From contig CAWJMT010000012.1 in NCBI GenBank assembly GCA_963844035.1, forward strand, positions 1 to 64,000: a stretch of DNA of 64,000 bases, written 5' to 3'. Below the pieces are notes generated by a model. It searched no databases, was not told the origin of the DNA, and saw only the letters and a list, made by a program, of their open reading frames with translations. The stretch is from an uncultured Gemmatimonadales bacterium (GTDB lineage Bacteria; Gemmatimonadota; Gemmatimonadetes; Gemmatimonadales; GWC2-71-9). The position numbers were made by a program, and so were the translations under genes. Shown here one piece after another: positions 1 to 7,735 of the stretch; position 1 is the first letter of the stretch; every line of letters begins with the position of its first letter.

Positions 1-75
1 TCGCCTTTACATCTTCCCGCGCCCGGACTATGGTCATTGCACCGAAACCCATCGCTCGCCGGCGAGGAGGCCCTG

Positions 76-189
76 ATGTACCAACGCATCCTGCTCGCCT
101 ACGACGGCTCAGAATCCAATCAGAAGGCGCTGCTCGAAGGCCATGACATTGCGCAGTGGAGCAATGCCCAGATGTATGCCGTCGCCGCT
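76..189 (+). other. N-terminal fragment of a universal stress protein (UspA family), truncated at a chimeric junction
   Basis: GAGGAGG RBS at 64-70, ATG at 76; MYQRILLAYDGSESNQKALLEGHDIAQWSNAQMYAVAA is a typical USP N-terminus; similarity stops near 189. Confidence 0.7.
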
Positions 190-859
190 GGTGCTCGCGG
201 CCAAGGTGGACGTCGCGGCGCGTTGCCGCCAGGCCGACTCGGTCGGGGGCGACTTCTACAATCTCCTGAACCTTCACGGGGACCGCATCGGCGTCATGAT
301 CGGCGACGTGACGAGCCACGGCTTTGCCTCGGCGCTGATCATGGCACTCGCCATGGCCGCCTCCGGCATCCACGCCGCCGCGGCCACGACCCCCAGCGAC
401 GCGCTGGAGCGCCTGGAGCAGTCGCTGATTCCCGAGCTCGGCCGCACGGAAATGTTTTTGCAGCTGTTCTACGGGATGATCGATGCCAACGAGCATCGCC
501 TCACGTACGCCAACGCGGGCCACCCCCACGCGTTCATCGTGGACGGCACGACCGGCGCGTCCACCCGCCTCGAAGCCACCCGTCCCCCGCTCGGCGTCGA
601 GCCCAAGCGGGGGGAGGACCATCAGTGCCCGTGGCGGCCCAAGCGGGACATCCTGTGCCTGTTCACGGACGGCCTCGTGGATGCCGCCGGCGAGAGCAAC
701 CCGGGGCGCTTCGGCGAAGAGCGGGTGCTGGCGCACGTCAGGGCGCTGCGCGCCAGGCCGGCACGGGAAATCCTGGAAGCGATCTACGCCGATCTCGCCG
801 CCTTCACCGGCGGCGGCCTGCCCTCCGACGACCGCACCCTGGTGCTGCTCAAGGGGTGA
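179..859 (+). CDS. PP2C/SpoIIE-family Ser/Thr phosphatase domain (RsbU-like), 5'-truncated
   Basis: Motifs VGGDFY, IGDVTSHG, YANAGHP, LFTDGL, DDRTLV in ORF 143..859; native N-terminus missing. Confidence 0.85.
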   Translation, partial: PSPLVLAAKVDVAARCRQADSVGGDFYNLLNLHGDRIGVMIGDVTSHGFASALIMALAMAASGIHAAAATTPSDALERLEQSLIPELGRTEMFLQLFYGMIDANEHRLTYANAGHPHAFIVDGTTGASTRLEATRPPLGVEPKRGEDHQCPWRPKRDILCLFTDGLVDAAGESNPGRFGEERVLAHVRALRARPAREILEAIYADLAAFTGGGLPSDDRTLVLLKG

Positions 860-1687
860 CGCGTCTCGGCCAGCACTTTCTCGCCGATCGCAACCTGCTC
901 AACAAGATCGTCGCCGCGCTCGATCCGGCGCCGGACGACGTCGTGATCGAAATCGGACCGGGGGAGGGGAGTCTCACGCGCATCCTGGCGCCGCTCGTGC
1001 AACGGGTGGTCGCGATCGAAACGGATCGCGGTTTTGGCGGAGCAACTGCGACTGCGGTGTCAGGTGTCGGGTGTCAGGTGTCAGGTGGTGACGGGTGACG
1101 CCCTCGAGCTTGATTGGCACGAGCTGTCGTCCGGACACCTGACACCTGACACCCGACACCGCCTTTCTTCACCTGACACCCGACACCGTCTTAAGGTTAT
1201 CGGCAACATCCCCTACTACATCACATCGCCGTTGATCGAGAAAGCGCTGACTCCTCCTCTCCCGGCGTGTGTCGTATTTCTCGTGCAGCGCGAGGTTGCC
1301 GACCGGCTCGCGGCCCCGCCGGGGAGCAAGCGGTATGGGGCGCTCTCGGTGGGGGTGCAGGCGGTGTGCCGGGTGGAGAAGCTGTTCGTCGTGAAGGCCG
1401 GCGCGTTTCGTCCTGCACCGCGGGTGGACAGCGCGGTCGTGCGGTTTACGCCGCTCCCCGATCCCTGGATCACAGCCGCCGAAACGGCGGCGTTTCGGGT
1501 GTTCGTCACCGCCTGCTTCAGCCGTCGCCGCAAGCAGTTGCGCAACGCGGTCATGGCGGCGACGGGCCGGCCGGCGGCGGAGGTGAGCGCACTTTTGAAG
1601 GCACTCGAGCTCCCGCCGACGGCGCGGCCCGAGACGCTGGCACCTGAGGTATTTGTGCGACTCTTGCGCGCGAGCCCTGCATTGTGA
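856..1687 (+). CDS. rsmA: 16S rRNA m6,6A dimethyltransferase KsgA/RsmA (frameshift near 1032; in-frame repeat inserts)
   Basis: GTG overlapping the upstream TGA; LGQHFL, VIEIGPGEG, GDAL, GNIPYYIT, FRPAPRVDSAVV across ORFs 37..1098 and 1034..1687. Confidence 0.93.
1056..1187. repeat. Inverted heptamer arrays (GGTGTCA)4 ... (TGACACC)4+2 inside rsmA
   Basis: Units at 1056-1087, reverse-complement units at 1134-1160 and 1170-1187. Confidence 0.95.
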
Positions 1688-1699
1688 AATGTTTCACAA
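1682..1699. promoter_or_regulatory. Rex operator (autoregulatory site)
   Basis: TTGTGAA-ATGT-TTCACAA matches the Rex consensus palindrome and ends 1 nt before the rex ATG. Confidence 0.9.
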
Positions 1700-1700
1700 T

Positions 1701-2321
1701 ATGCGGAAGATCGCCGAGAGCACGGTCCGCCGCCTCTCACTGTACCTCCGATTTCTCGAGCAGTTTGCAGCCCAGGGACATACGACGGTCTCGTCGGCAG
1801 AGCTTGCCCGCCGGGGGGGCACGACGTCGGCCCAGGTGCGCAAAGATCTGTCGTTCTTCGGGTCGTTTGGAAAGCGCGGCCTGGGGTATTCGGTGGCCGA
1901 GCTGGCTGCCAAGATCCGCGACATCCTGGGCCTCGAGCGCACCTATCGCGTGGTGCTCGTCGGGGCGGGGCGCATCGGCAGCGCGCTGGCGCAGTATCCG
2001 GGGTTCCGCCAGCGTGGCTTCAACGTCATGGCGATCTACGACACCGATCCCAAAAAGGTCGGCGGGCGCTGGGACGGGTTGGTGGTGCGCGACGTGGGAC
2101 ACCTCGAAGCGGATCTCAAGCGCGACCCGAGCGACATCGCCATTCTCGTGACCCCGGCGGACGCGGCGCAGGAAGTGGCCAACCGCCTGGTGCACGCGGG
2201 CGTCAAGGCCATCCTCAACTTTGCGCCGGTGCAGCTCACCGTGCCGCGCGACGTGGTAGTGAAATCGGTAAACATGGCCCTGGAGCTCGAGACGCTGAGT
2301 TTCGCTTTGGCCAACCGCTAG
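1701..2321 (+). CDS. rex: Redox-sensing transcriptional repressor Rex
   Basis: STVRRLSLY, QVRKDLSFFGSFGKRGLGY, VGAGRIG, ILNFAP. Confidence 0.97.
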   Translation: MRKIAESTVRRLSLYLRFLEQFAAQGHTTVSSAELARRGGTTSAQVRKDLSFFGSFGKRGLGYSVAELAAKIRDILGLERTYRVVLVGAGRIGSALAQYPGFRQRGFNVMAIYDTDPKKVGGRWDGLVVRDVGHLEADLKRDPSDIAILVTPADAAQEVANRLVHAGVKAILNFAPVQLTVPRDVVVKSVNMALELETLSFALANR

Positions 2322-2322
2322 G

Positions 2323-2353
2323 ATTCCGCACTCCCCACTCCGCCGTCCGCATT
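2323..2353. repeat. Degenerate heptamer array (ACTCCGC-like x4) between rex and arcA
   Basis: ATTCCGC ACTCCCC ACTCCGC CGTCCGC ATT. Confidence 0.7.
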
Positions 2354-2364
2354 ACCTTTCGTTC

Positions 2365-3597
2365 ATGGCGACGCGCGTGAACGTGACGTCCGAGATCGGC
2401 CCTTTGCGGGCCGTTCTCGTTCACACCCCCGGGCCGGAGCTGCTCGCGGTCACACCCGCGAACCGCAAGGCGTACCTCTACGACGACATCATCGACCTCG
2501 AGCTGGCCCAGCGGGAGCACCAGCAATTGGTCGGGGTGCTCGGGCGATTCGCCGAAGTGTATGAGATGCGCGCTTTGCTCATTGAGCTTGCCGCACGCCC
2601 CGATGTCCGGGAGTTTTTCGTCACCCGCGCGCTCGAGGTCGTGCCGTCGGACGCACTCGCCAAGACGTTGACCGCGCTGCCGGCGAGCGAGCTGGTCGCC
2701 GTAATGATTGAAGGGGCGCTCGAGGAGGCCGGACCGATTGCGCGGGTCTTGAATGAGACCGGGTACACGCTCCCCCCGTTGCCGAACCTGTTCTTCACGC
2801 GCGACGGGGGGGTGGTGATCGGCGAGCACGCGATCATCGGGTCGATGCGCTACGGCGTGCGCTGGACCGAGGAGCTGCTGCTCAAGGCGCTATTCCGCTA
2901 CCATCCGCGCCTCGAGAATGCCGGGATCCTGTACGACGGCTCGGAAGAGAAGCGCAGCAACTACACGTTAGAAGGCGGCGACGTCCATCCGATCCGCCCC
3001 GACCTGCTGGTGCTCGGCTTCAGCGACCGGTCCAGCCCCGCCGCCCTCGATCAGCTGTGCGATCTCGTTTTCGAGCACTGCGACATCACGGATGTGATCG
3101 TCGTCGTGCTGCCGGGGGAGCGCACCGCGATCCACCTGGACATGATCTTCACGCAGCTCGATACCGAGCTGTGCTGCGTGTACCAGCCCCACTTCGTCGG
3201 CCCCGAGCGCCTGGCGGTGCTGCATCGGCGCAAGCGGTCCAAAGACGTCAAGGACATGCCGGATTTTTTTGCGGCGCTGCGCGCGGTCGGCCAGCCGCTC
3301 GAGCCGGTGTTCTGCGGGGGATCGAGCCGCCCGCTCCAGGAACGCGAGCAGTGGTCGAGCGGCTGCAACTTTTTCGCGGTGCGGCCCGGGGTGGTGGTCA
3401 CGTACGAGCGCAACGACGCCACGCTCGCCGAGCTACAGGGGGCGGGGTTCCGGATCACTCCCGCGGCGGATCTCCTGGCGGGGCGGGATCCGCCGGCGGG
3501 CCAGCGGACGGTGATCACGATCGCGGGCAGCGAGCTGGTGCGGGGCGGGGGCGGCCCGCGCTGCATGACCCTGCCGCTCCGGCGCGACGACCTGTGA
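2365..3597 (+). CDS. arcA: Arginine deiminase
   Basis: VTSEIGPLRAVLVHTPG, PNLFFTRD, LEGGD, IHLD, C-terminal GGGPRCMT with catalytic Cys. Confidence 0.93.
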   Translation: MATRVNVTSEIGPLRAVLVHTPGPELLAVTPANRKAYLYDDIIDLELAQREHQQLVGVLGRFAEVYEMRALLIELAARPDVREFFVTRALEVVPSDALAKTLTALPASELVAVMIEGALEEAGPIARVLNETGYTLPPLPNLFFTRDGGVVIGEHAIIGSMRYGVRWTEELLLKALFRYHPRLENAGILYDGSEEKRSNYTLEGGDVHPIRPDLLVLGFSDRSSPAALDQLCDLVFEHCDITDVIVVVLPGERTAIHLDMIFTQLDTELCCVYQPHFVGPERLAVLHRRKRSKDVKDMPDFFAALRAVGQPLEPVFCGGSSRPLQEREQWSSGCNFFAVRPGVVVTYERNDATLAELQGAGFRITPAADLLAGRDPPAGQRTVITIAGSELVRGGGGPRCMTLPLRRDDL

Positions 3598-4409
3598 GCG
3601 GGCTTGCCGCGTTCCCTAGTTCGAGCCTCGCGAACCGCGCGGCGGCGTATCTCGAGGCCGGCCCTGCCTCGAGCATCGCGCTGGTACGAGACGTCCTGGG
3701 GCTGGGGGCGACCCCGCGCGCACTGGCGGCCAAGATTGCCCAGGCCCTGGTGGGTGGGGATCCCCGGGTGGCCCAGACGCCCGAGGGCCGCTGGGCGCTC
3801 GTCGGAACGGCGAGCGACGCGGTCAGTCCCGACCTCAGTGCGTGCCGGTTCGCCGTGGTGGATGTCGAAACCACGGGCGGCAGCGTCCGGACCGGCGGCC
3901 GCATTGTGGAGATCGCCGTGGTCGCGCTCGACGGCACTTCGCCGCGTGTGGAATTTCAGAGCCTCGTGAATCCCGGCGTGCCTCTTTCTCCGTTCGTTTC
4001 CAGGCTGACGGGAATCAGCGACGCGGCCGTGCGTGCCGCGCCACGATTCGAGGAGATCGCGGACGCGGTGCTCGGGAGTCTGGCGGGGAGCGTGTTCGTG
4101 GCGCACAGCGTGCGGTTCGACTGGGGGTTCATCGCCGCGGAGCTCGAGCGCACACGCGGCGTGCTGCTGCAGGGCCCCCGCCTCTGCACGGTCAAGCTCG
4201 CCCGCCGCTTCCTGCCCCCGCTCGACAGCCGCAACTTGGACAGCGTGGCGGACTTCCTCGGCATCACGATCGAGGGTCGCCATCGCGCCACCGGAGATGC
4301 AGTGGCGACTGCGCGGATTTTCGGGAAGGTGCTTGCGATCGCACGCGAGCGGGGTGCCGTGACCTTACGGGATCTGGCTCAGCTCCCCCCTAACCGCCTA
4401 ACCGTCTAA
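3594..4409 (+). CDS. DEDDh 3'-5' exonuclease (DnaQ/Pol III epsilon-like)
   Basis: VVDVETTG, LTGI, VAHSVRFD, HRATGDA; GTG start overlaps the arcA stop. Confidence 0.88.
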   Translation: MSGLAAFPSSSLANRAAAYLEAGPASSIALVRDVLGLGATPRALAAKIAQALVGGDPRVAQTPEGRWALVGTASDAVSPDLSACRFAVVDVETTGGSVRTGGRIVEIAVVALDGTSPRVEFQSLVNPGVPLSPFVSRLTGISDAAVRAAPRFEEIADAVLGSLAGSVFVAHSVRFDWGFIAAELERTRGVLLQGPRLCTVKLARRFLPPLDSRNLDSVADFLGITIEGRHRATGDAVATARIFGKVLAIARERGAVTLRDLAQLPPNRLTV

Positions 4410-4415
4410 CCGCCT
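4389..4415. repeat. Octamer array (TAACCGYC)3 at the exonuclease/MBL gene boundary
   Basis: TAACCGCC TAACCGTC TAACCGCC; the third unit supplies the TAA stop at 4407-4409. Confidence 0.85.
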
Positions 4416-5275
4416 TGTTCACCTCGTTCACGATCGGTCACCTCCGCTGCCACGCCCTCGAGGGCGGCGTGCAGCGGCTCGACGGCGGGGCCATGTTCGG
4501 CGTGGTCCCAAAACCACTGTGGGAGCGGCGCATACCGGCGGATGAGCGGAACCGCATTCCCCTCGCAATGCGCTGTCTGCTGGTGGAGCACGATGACGGC
4601 CTCGTATTGATCGACACCGGCATCGGCAACAAGGACGATGCCAAGTTCCGCGACATCTACGGTGTCGCCAACACGGGCGTACGTGGGCCGACACAGCTCG
4701 AGGACGCGATCTTCGCCGCCGGCTTTTCGCCCGCCGAGGTCCGCTGGGTGGTCAACACGCACCTGCACTTCGACCACGCCGGCGGCAACCTGCACCGGGA
4801 GCCAGACGGCTCGGTCGCCCTCAGCTTCCCGAACGCGCGCTACGTGGTACAGGGCCGGGAGCTCGACTTCGCGAGCCATACGAACGAACGGACTGCGGCG
4901 AGCTATCCGTCCTCCAACTTCGCGTCGGTCCCGTTCACCCTGGTGGAAGGGGAGGTGGAGGTCGTGCCGGGGATCCGCTATCTCCACACGCCGGGGCATG
5001 TCCCCAACCACTGCTCCGTCCTGATCGAGAGCGGCGGCGAGCGGGGCTGCTTCGTGGCCGACCTCGTGCCCACGAGCGCCCACCTGCCGCTCCCCTGGAT
5101 CATGGGCTACGACTTGGAGCCGCTCGTGACGCTGGAGATGAAGCGCCGGGTCTACCAGCGAGCCGAGGGGGAGGGGTGGCTGCTCTGGTTCGAGCATGAC
5201 CCCGACGTCGTCGCGGGACGACTGGGGCGTGAGGGGAAGGGTTTTGGTCTTGTGGACGCGCAACGACGTGGCTAA
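4415..5275 (+). CDS. Metallo-beta-lactamase-fold hydrolase (YtnP/AHL-lactonase-like)
   Basis: LDGGAMFGVVPK, THLHFDHAGG, TPGH, EHDP; TTG start. Confidence 0.88.
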   Translation: MFTSFTIGHLRCHALEGGVQRLDGGAMFGVVPKPLWERRIPADERNRIPLAMRCLLVEHDDGLVLIDTGIGNKDDAKFRDIYGVANTGVRGPTQLEDAIFAAGFSPAEVRWVVNTHLHFDHAGGNLHREPDGSVALSFPNARYVVQGRELDFASHTNERTAASYPSSNFASVPFTLVEGEVEVVPGIRYLHTPGHVPNHCSVLIESGGERGCFVADLVPTSAHLPLPWIMGYDLEPLVTLEMKRRVYQRAEGEGWLLWFEHDPDVVAGRLGREGKGFGLVDAQRRG

Positions 5276-5278
5276 GTT
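5250..5278 (+). promoter_or_regulatory. Possible sigma70 promoter of the infC operon
   Basis: TTGTGG-17 nt-TAAGTT just upstream of the structured leader. Confidence 0.35.
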
Positions 5279-5295
5279 GCTGCGCACAATACGGT

Positions 5296-5467
5296 AAGCG
5301 GGCGCCGTTGGCGTCCCACCCGCCGCCTCGTAAAGAGTGCTTTAGGGTAATGTCAGTTGCGCTGTCAGCATTCAGCGGTCAGCCATCAGGGCTGCCTTGC
5401 TGACCGCTGACGGCTGATAGCTGATGGCTCTTGAGGCGGCGGGCTCCCGGACGGACGGGGTCCGCTT
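5296..5467 (+). ncRNA. Structured infC-rpmI-rplT leader (candidate L20 autoregulatory leader)
   Basis: CCCGCCGCCTC 5319-5329 pairs with GAGGCGGCGGG 5433-5443; AAGCGGGC 5296-5303 pairs with GTCCGCTT 5460-5467; lies upstream of infC. Confidence 0.55.
5361..5429. repeat. Inverted heptamer arrays (GCnnTCA)4 ... (GCTGAnn)4
   Basis: GCTGTCA GCATTCA GCGGTCA GCCATCA then GCTGACC GCTGACG GCTGATA GCTGATG. Confidence 0.9.
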
Positions 5468-5496
5468 TCGCTTTTCTTCTCGGAGGAGAACCGACA

Positions 5497-6051
5497 CTGG
5501 CAATCGAAAGCAGCAGCAGCAGCAGCAGCAACAGCAACAGCAGCAAAGTGCCGCGGACGCGGGTGAACCGGCAGATCCGCATCAGTCCTCTTCGGGTCAT
5601 CGCACCCGACGGCGAGCAGTTGGGAGTCATGACCGTGGACGAAGCCCTGGCTGCCGCGTTGCAGCGGGGTCTCGATCTGGTCGAAGTGGCGCCGCTGGCG
5701 CGCCCCCCCGTGGTCAAGATCATGGACTACGGCAAGTTCAAGTTCGAGCAGGCGAAGGCGGCCCGGGCGGCGAAGAAAAAGCAGCACATCATCCAGCTCA
5801 AGGAAGTGAAGTTCCGTCCCGGAATCGACGATCACGATTTCGATTTCAAGACGCGGCATGCGCGCGAGTTTCTGGGTGACGGCAACAAGGTGAAGGTGAC
5901 GATGATGTTCCGCGGCCGGCAGATGGCGCACATCGATCTCGGCCGCGATGTGCTCGATCGGGTCGCGAGCGAGCTGAAAGACATCGCGAAGATCGAGCAG
6001 GATCCGAAGCTTGAAGGCCGCAACATGTCGATGGTGCTGGCCCCGAAATAA
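5497..6051 (+). CDS. infC: Translation initiation factor IF-3 (non-canonical start, CTG 5497 or ATC 5503)
   Basis: RVNRQIR, LDLVEVAP, PPVVKIMDYGKFKF, KEVKFRP; GGAGG at 5482-5486 with no in-frame ATG nearby. Confidence 0.96.
   Translation: MAIESSSSSSSNSNSSKVPRTRVNRQIRISPLRVIAPDGEQLGVMTVDEALAAALQRGLDLVEVAPLARPPVVKIMDYGKFKFEQAKAARAAKKKQHIIQLKEVKFRPGIDDHDFDFKTRHAREFLGDGNKVKVTMMFRGRQMAHIDLGRDVLDRVASELKDIAKIEQDPKLEGRNMSMVLAPK
5509..5544. repeat. (AGC/AAC)12 trinucleotide microsatellite encoding SSSSSSSNSNSS in IF-3
   Basis: Read directly from the sequence. Confidence 0.9.
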
Positions 6052-6124
6052 AGGTGCCAGGTGTCAGGTGCCAGGTGCCAGCAAGGCACTTCCTGACACC
6101 TGACACCTGACACCTGACACCTGA
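6052..6124. repeat. Inverted heptamer arrays (GGTGYCA)4 ... (CCTGACA)4 between infC and rpmI
   Basis: Left arm 6053-6081, right arm 6092-6124. Confidence 0.97.
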
Positions 6125-6133
6125 GGTTTCAGA

Positions 6134-6328
6134 ATGCCCAAGCAGAAAACCAAACGCGCGCTCCGGAAGCGGGTCAAGCTGACGGGCCGGGGCCACCTGC
6201 GCCGCCACCGCGCGTACAAGAGCCACATCCTGACCAAGAAGCACCCCAAACGGAAGCGCCATCTGCGCAAAGGCACGCTCGTCTCGCATGCCGATGAGCG
6301 TCGTTTCAAGCGCCTGCTGATGTTGTAA
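6134..6328 (+). CDS. rpmI: 50S ribosomal protein L35
   Basis: [20 protein letters not shown]...HILTKK; lies between infC and rplT. Confidence 0.97.
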   Translation: MPKQKTKRALRKRVKLTGRGHLRRHRAYKSHILTKKHPKRKRHLRKGTLVSHADERRFKRLLML

Positions 6329-6338
6329 AGGAGAGCCT

Positions 6339-6692
6339 ATGCCTCGCGTCACCAGCAACGTCGCGCGCCTCAAGCGCAAGAACAAAGTCATGAAGCTCGC
6401 CAAGGGGTTTTGGGGCGGGCGCAGCAAGCTGTGGAAGGCCGCCAAGGAGGCGGTGGAGCGGGCGCAGAAGTACGCCTACCGCGACCGGCGCCGGAAGAAG
6501 GGCGATTTCCGCCGGCTGTGGATCACGCGTATCAACGCGGCCGCCCGGATGAACGAGCTCTCCTACAGCCGCCTCATGAGCGGTCTGAAGCGCGCCGGCG
6601 TGGAGATCAACCGCAAGGTCCTCGCCGATCTCGCCGTGCGCGACGCCGAGGCGTTTCGGCAGCTGGCGGAGGTCGCGAAGAAGGCGCTCTGA
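6339..6692 (+). CDS. rplT: 50S ribosomal protein L20
   Basis: MPRV..., [25 protein letters not shown]. Confidence 0.98.
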   Translation: MPRVTSNVARLKRKNKVMKLAKGFWGGRSKLWKAAKEAVERAQKYAYRDRRRKKGDFRRLWITRINAAARMNELSYSRLMSGLKRAGVEINRKVLADLAVRDAEAFRQLAEVAKKAL

Positions 6693-6694
6693 TC

Positions 6695-7735
6695 ATGCGC
6701 GACCTCCTGGCAGCCGTCCAAGCGCTGCGGGAGCGTCTCGGCGCCATTCCGCAGGCCGATGAACGCCGGCTCCAGGATCTCAAGACGGAGATCCTGGGAC
6801 GCAAAGCCGGCGCCCTCACCAAGATCCTCGCCGCGCTCCCCGAGCTCGACCCCGCCGACCGCAAGGCGGTCGGCGGCGCGGCCAACGCCCTCAAGCGCGA
6901 GCTGGAAGAGGCGATTGCGACGCGCGAGCGCGAGCTCACGCGCGCCGCCCGCACCGGCGGGTCGGTGGACCTCACCATGCCGGGCCGCGCCGCGTGGCAG
7001 GGCGGGTTACACCTCGTCACGCAGATCGTGGACGAGGTCTGCGACATCTTCCGCGAGCTCGGGTTCACGCGCGCCGTCGGCCCCGAAGCCGAGACGGAGT
7101 GGTACAACTTCGGGGCGCTGAATTTTCCCAAGGATCACCCGGCCATCGATGCCCAGGATTCCTTTTACCTGAGCCCGGGCGTATTGCTGCGCACCCACAC
7201 CTCGCCGGTGCAGGTACGCACCATGGAGAAGTACCCGCCGCCGATCCGCGTCGTATCGCCGGGGCAGTGCTATCGGCGCGATCCCTTCGATCCCTCACAC
7301 TCCCCGGTGTTCGAGCAGGTCGAAGGGCTGGTGGTGGACGAAGGGGTCAGCTTCGTCGATCTGAAGGCCACGTTGTCCGCGTTCGCGCGCAAAATGTTCG
7401 GGTCGCAAACCGCCACCCGGTTCTCGCCGTCGTTCTTCCCGTTCACGGAGCCGTCGGCGGACATGCAGGTGACCTGCTCCGTGTGCCGCGGCAGCGGGTG
7501 CCCCACCTGCAAGCAGACCGGGTGGATCGAGATCCTCGGATCGGGCATGGTGCACCCCGCCGTGCTGGAGCACTGCAAGATCGACTCGGAGCGCTACACC
7601 GGATTCGCCTTCGGCATGGGGCCGCACCGCATCGCCATGGTGCGCCACGGTATCCCCGACATCCGGCTGTTCTTCGAGAGCGATGTGCGGTTCCTCAGTC
7701 AGTTCACTGGGCAGTTCACCGGACGCGTCCCGTGA
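6695..7735 (+). CDS. pheS: Phenylalanine--tRNA ligase alpha subunit
   Basis: HPAIDAQDSFY, LLRTHTSPVQ, FPFTEPS, GFAFGMG. Confidence 0.97.
   Translation: MRDLLAAVQALRERLGAIPQADERRLQDLKTEILGRKAGALTKILAALPELDPADRKAVGGAANALKRELEEAIATRERELTRAARTGGSVDLTMPGRAAWQGGLHLVTQIVDEVCDIFRELGFTRAVGPEAETEWYNFGALNFPKDHPAIDAQDSFYLSPGVLLRTHTSPVQVRTMEKYPPPIRVVSPGQCYRRDPFDPSHSPVFEQVEGLVVDEGVSFVDLKATLSAFARKMFGSQTATRFSPSFFPFTEPSADMQVTCSVCRGSGCPTCKQTGWIEILGSGMVHPAVLEHCKIDSERYTGFAFGMGPHRIAMVRHGIPDIRLFFESDVRFLSQFTGQFTGRVP

Noticed and set aside
5424..5879. Poly-Gln ORF overlapping infC
   Set aside because: Alternative-frame reading of the AGC tract; the IF-3 frame explains the region
6052..6124. Repeat arrays as CRISPR
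   Set aside because: Units are 7-8 nt and contiguous, with no unique spacers and no cas genes
7698..7722. CAGTTCACYGG duplication (QFTGQFTG) at the pheS 3' end
   Set aside because: Two copies of a 12-nt unit in a variable tail; ordinary local duplication unrelated to the 7/8-nt families
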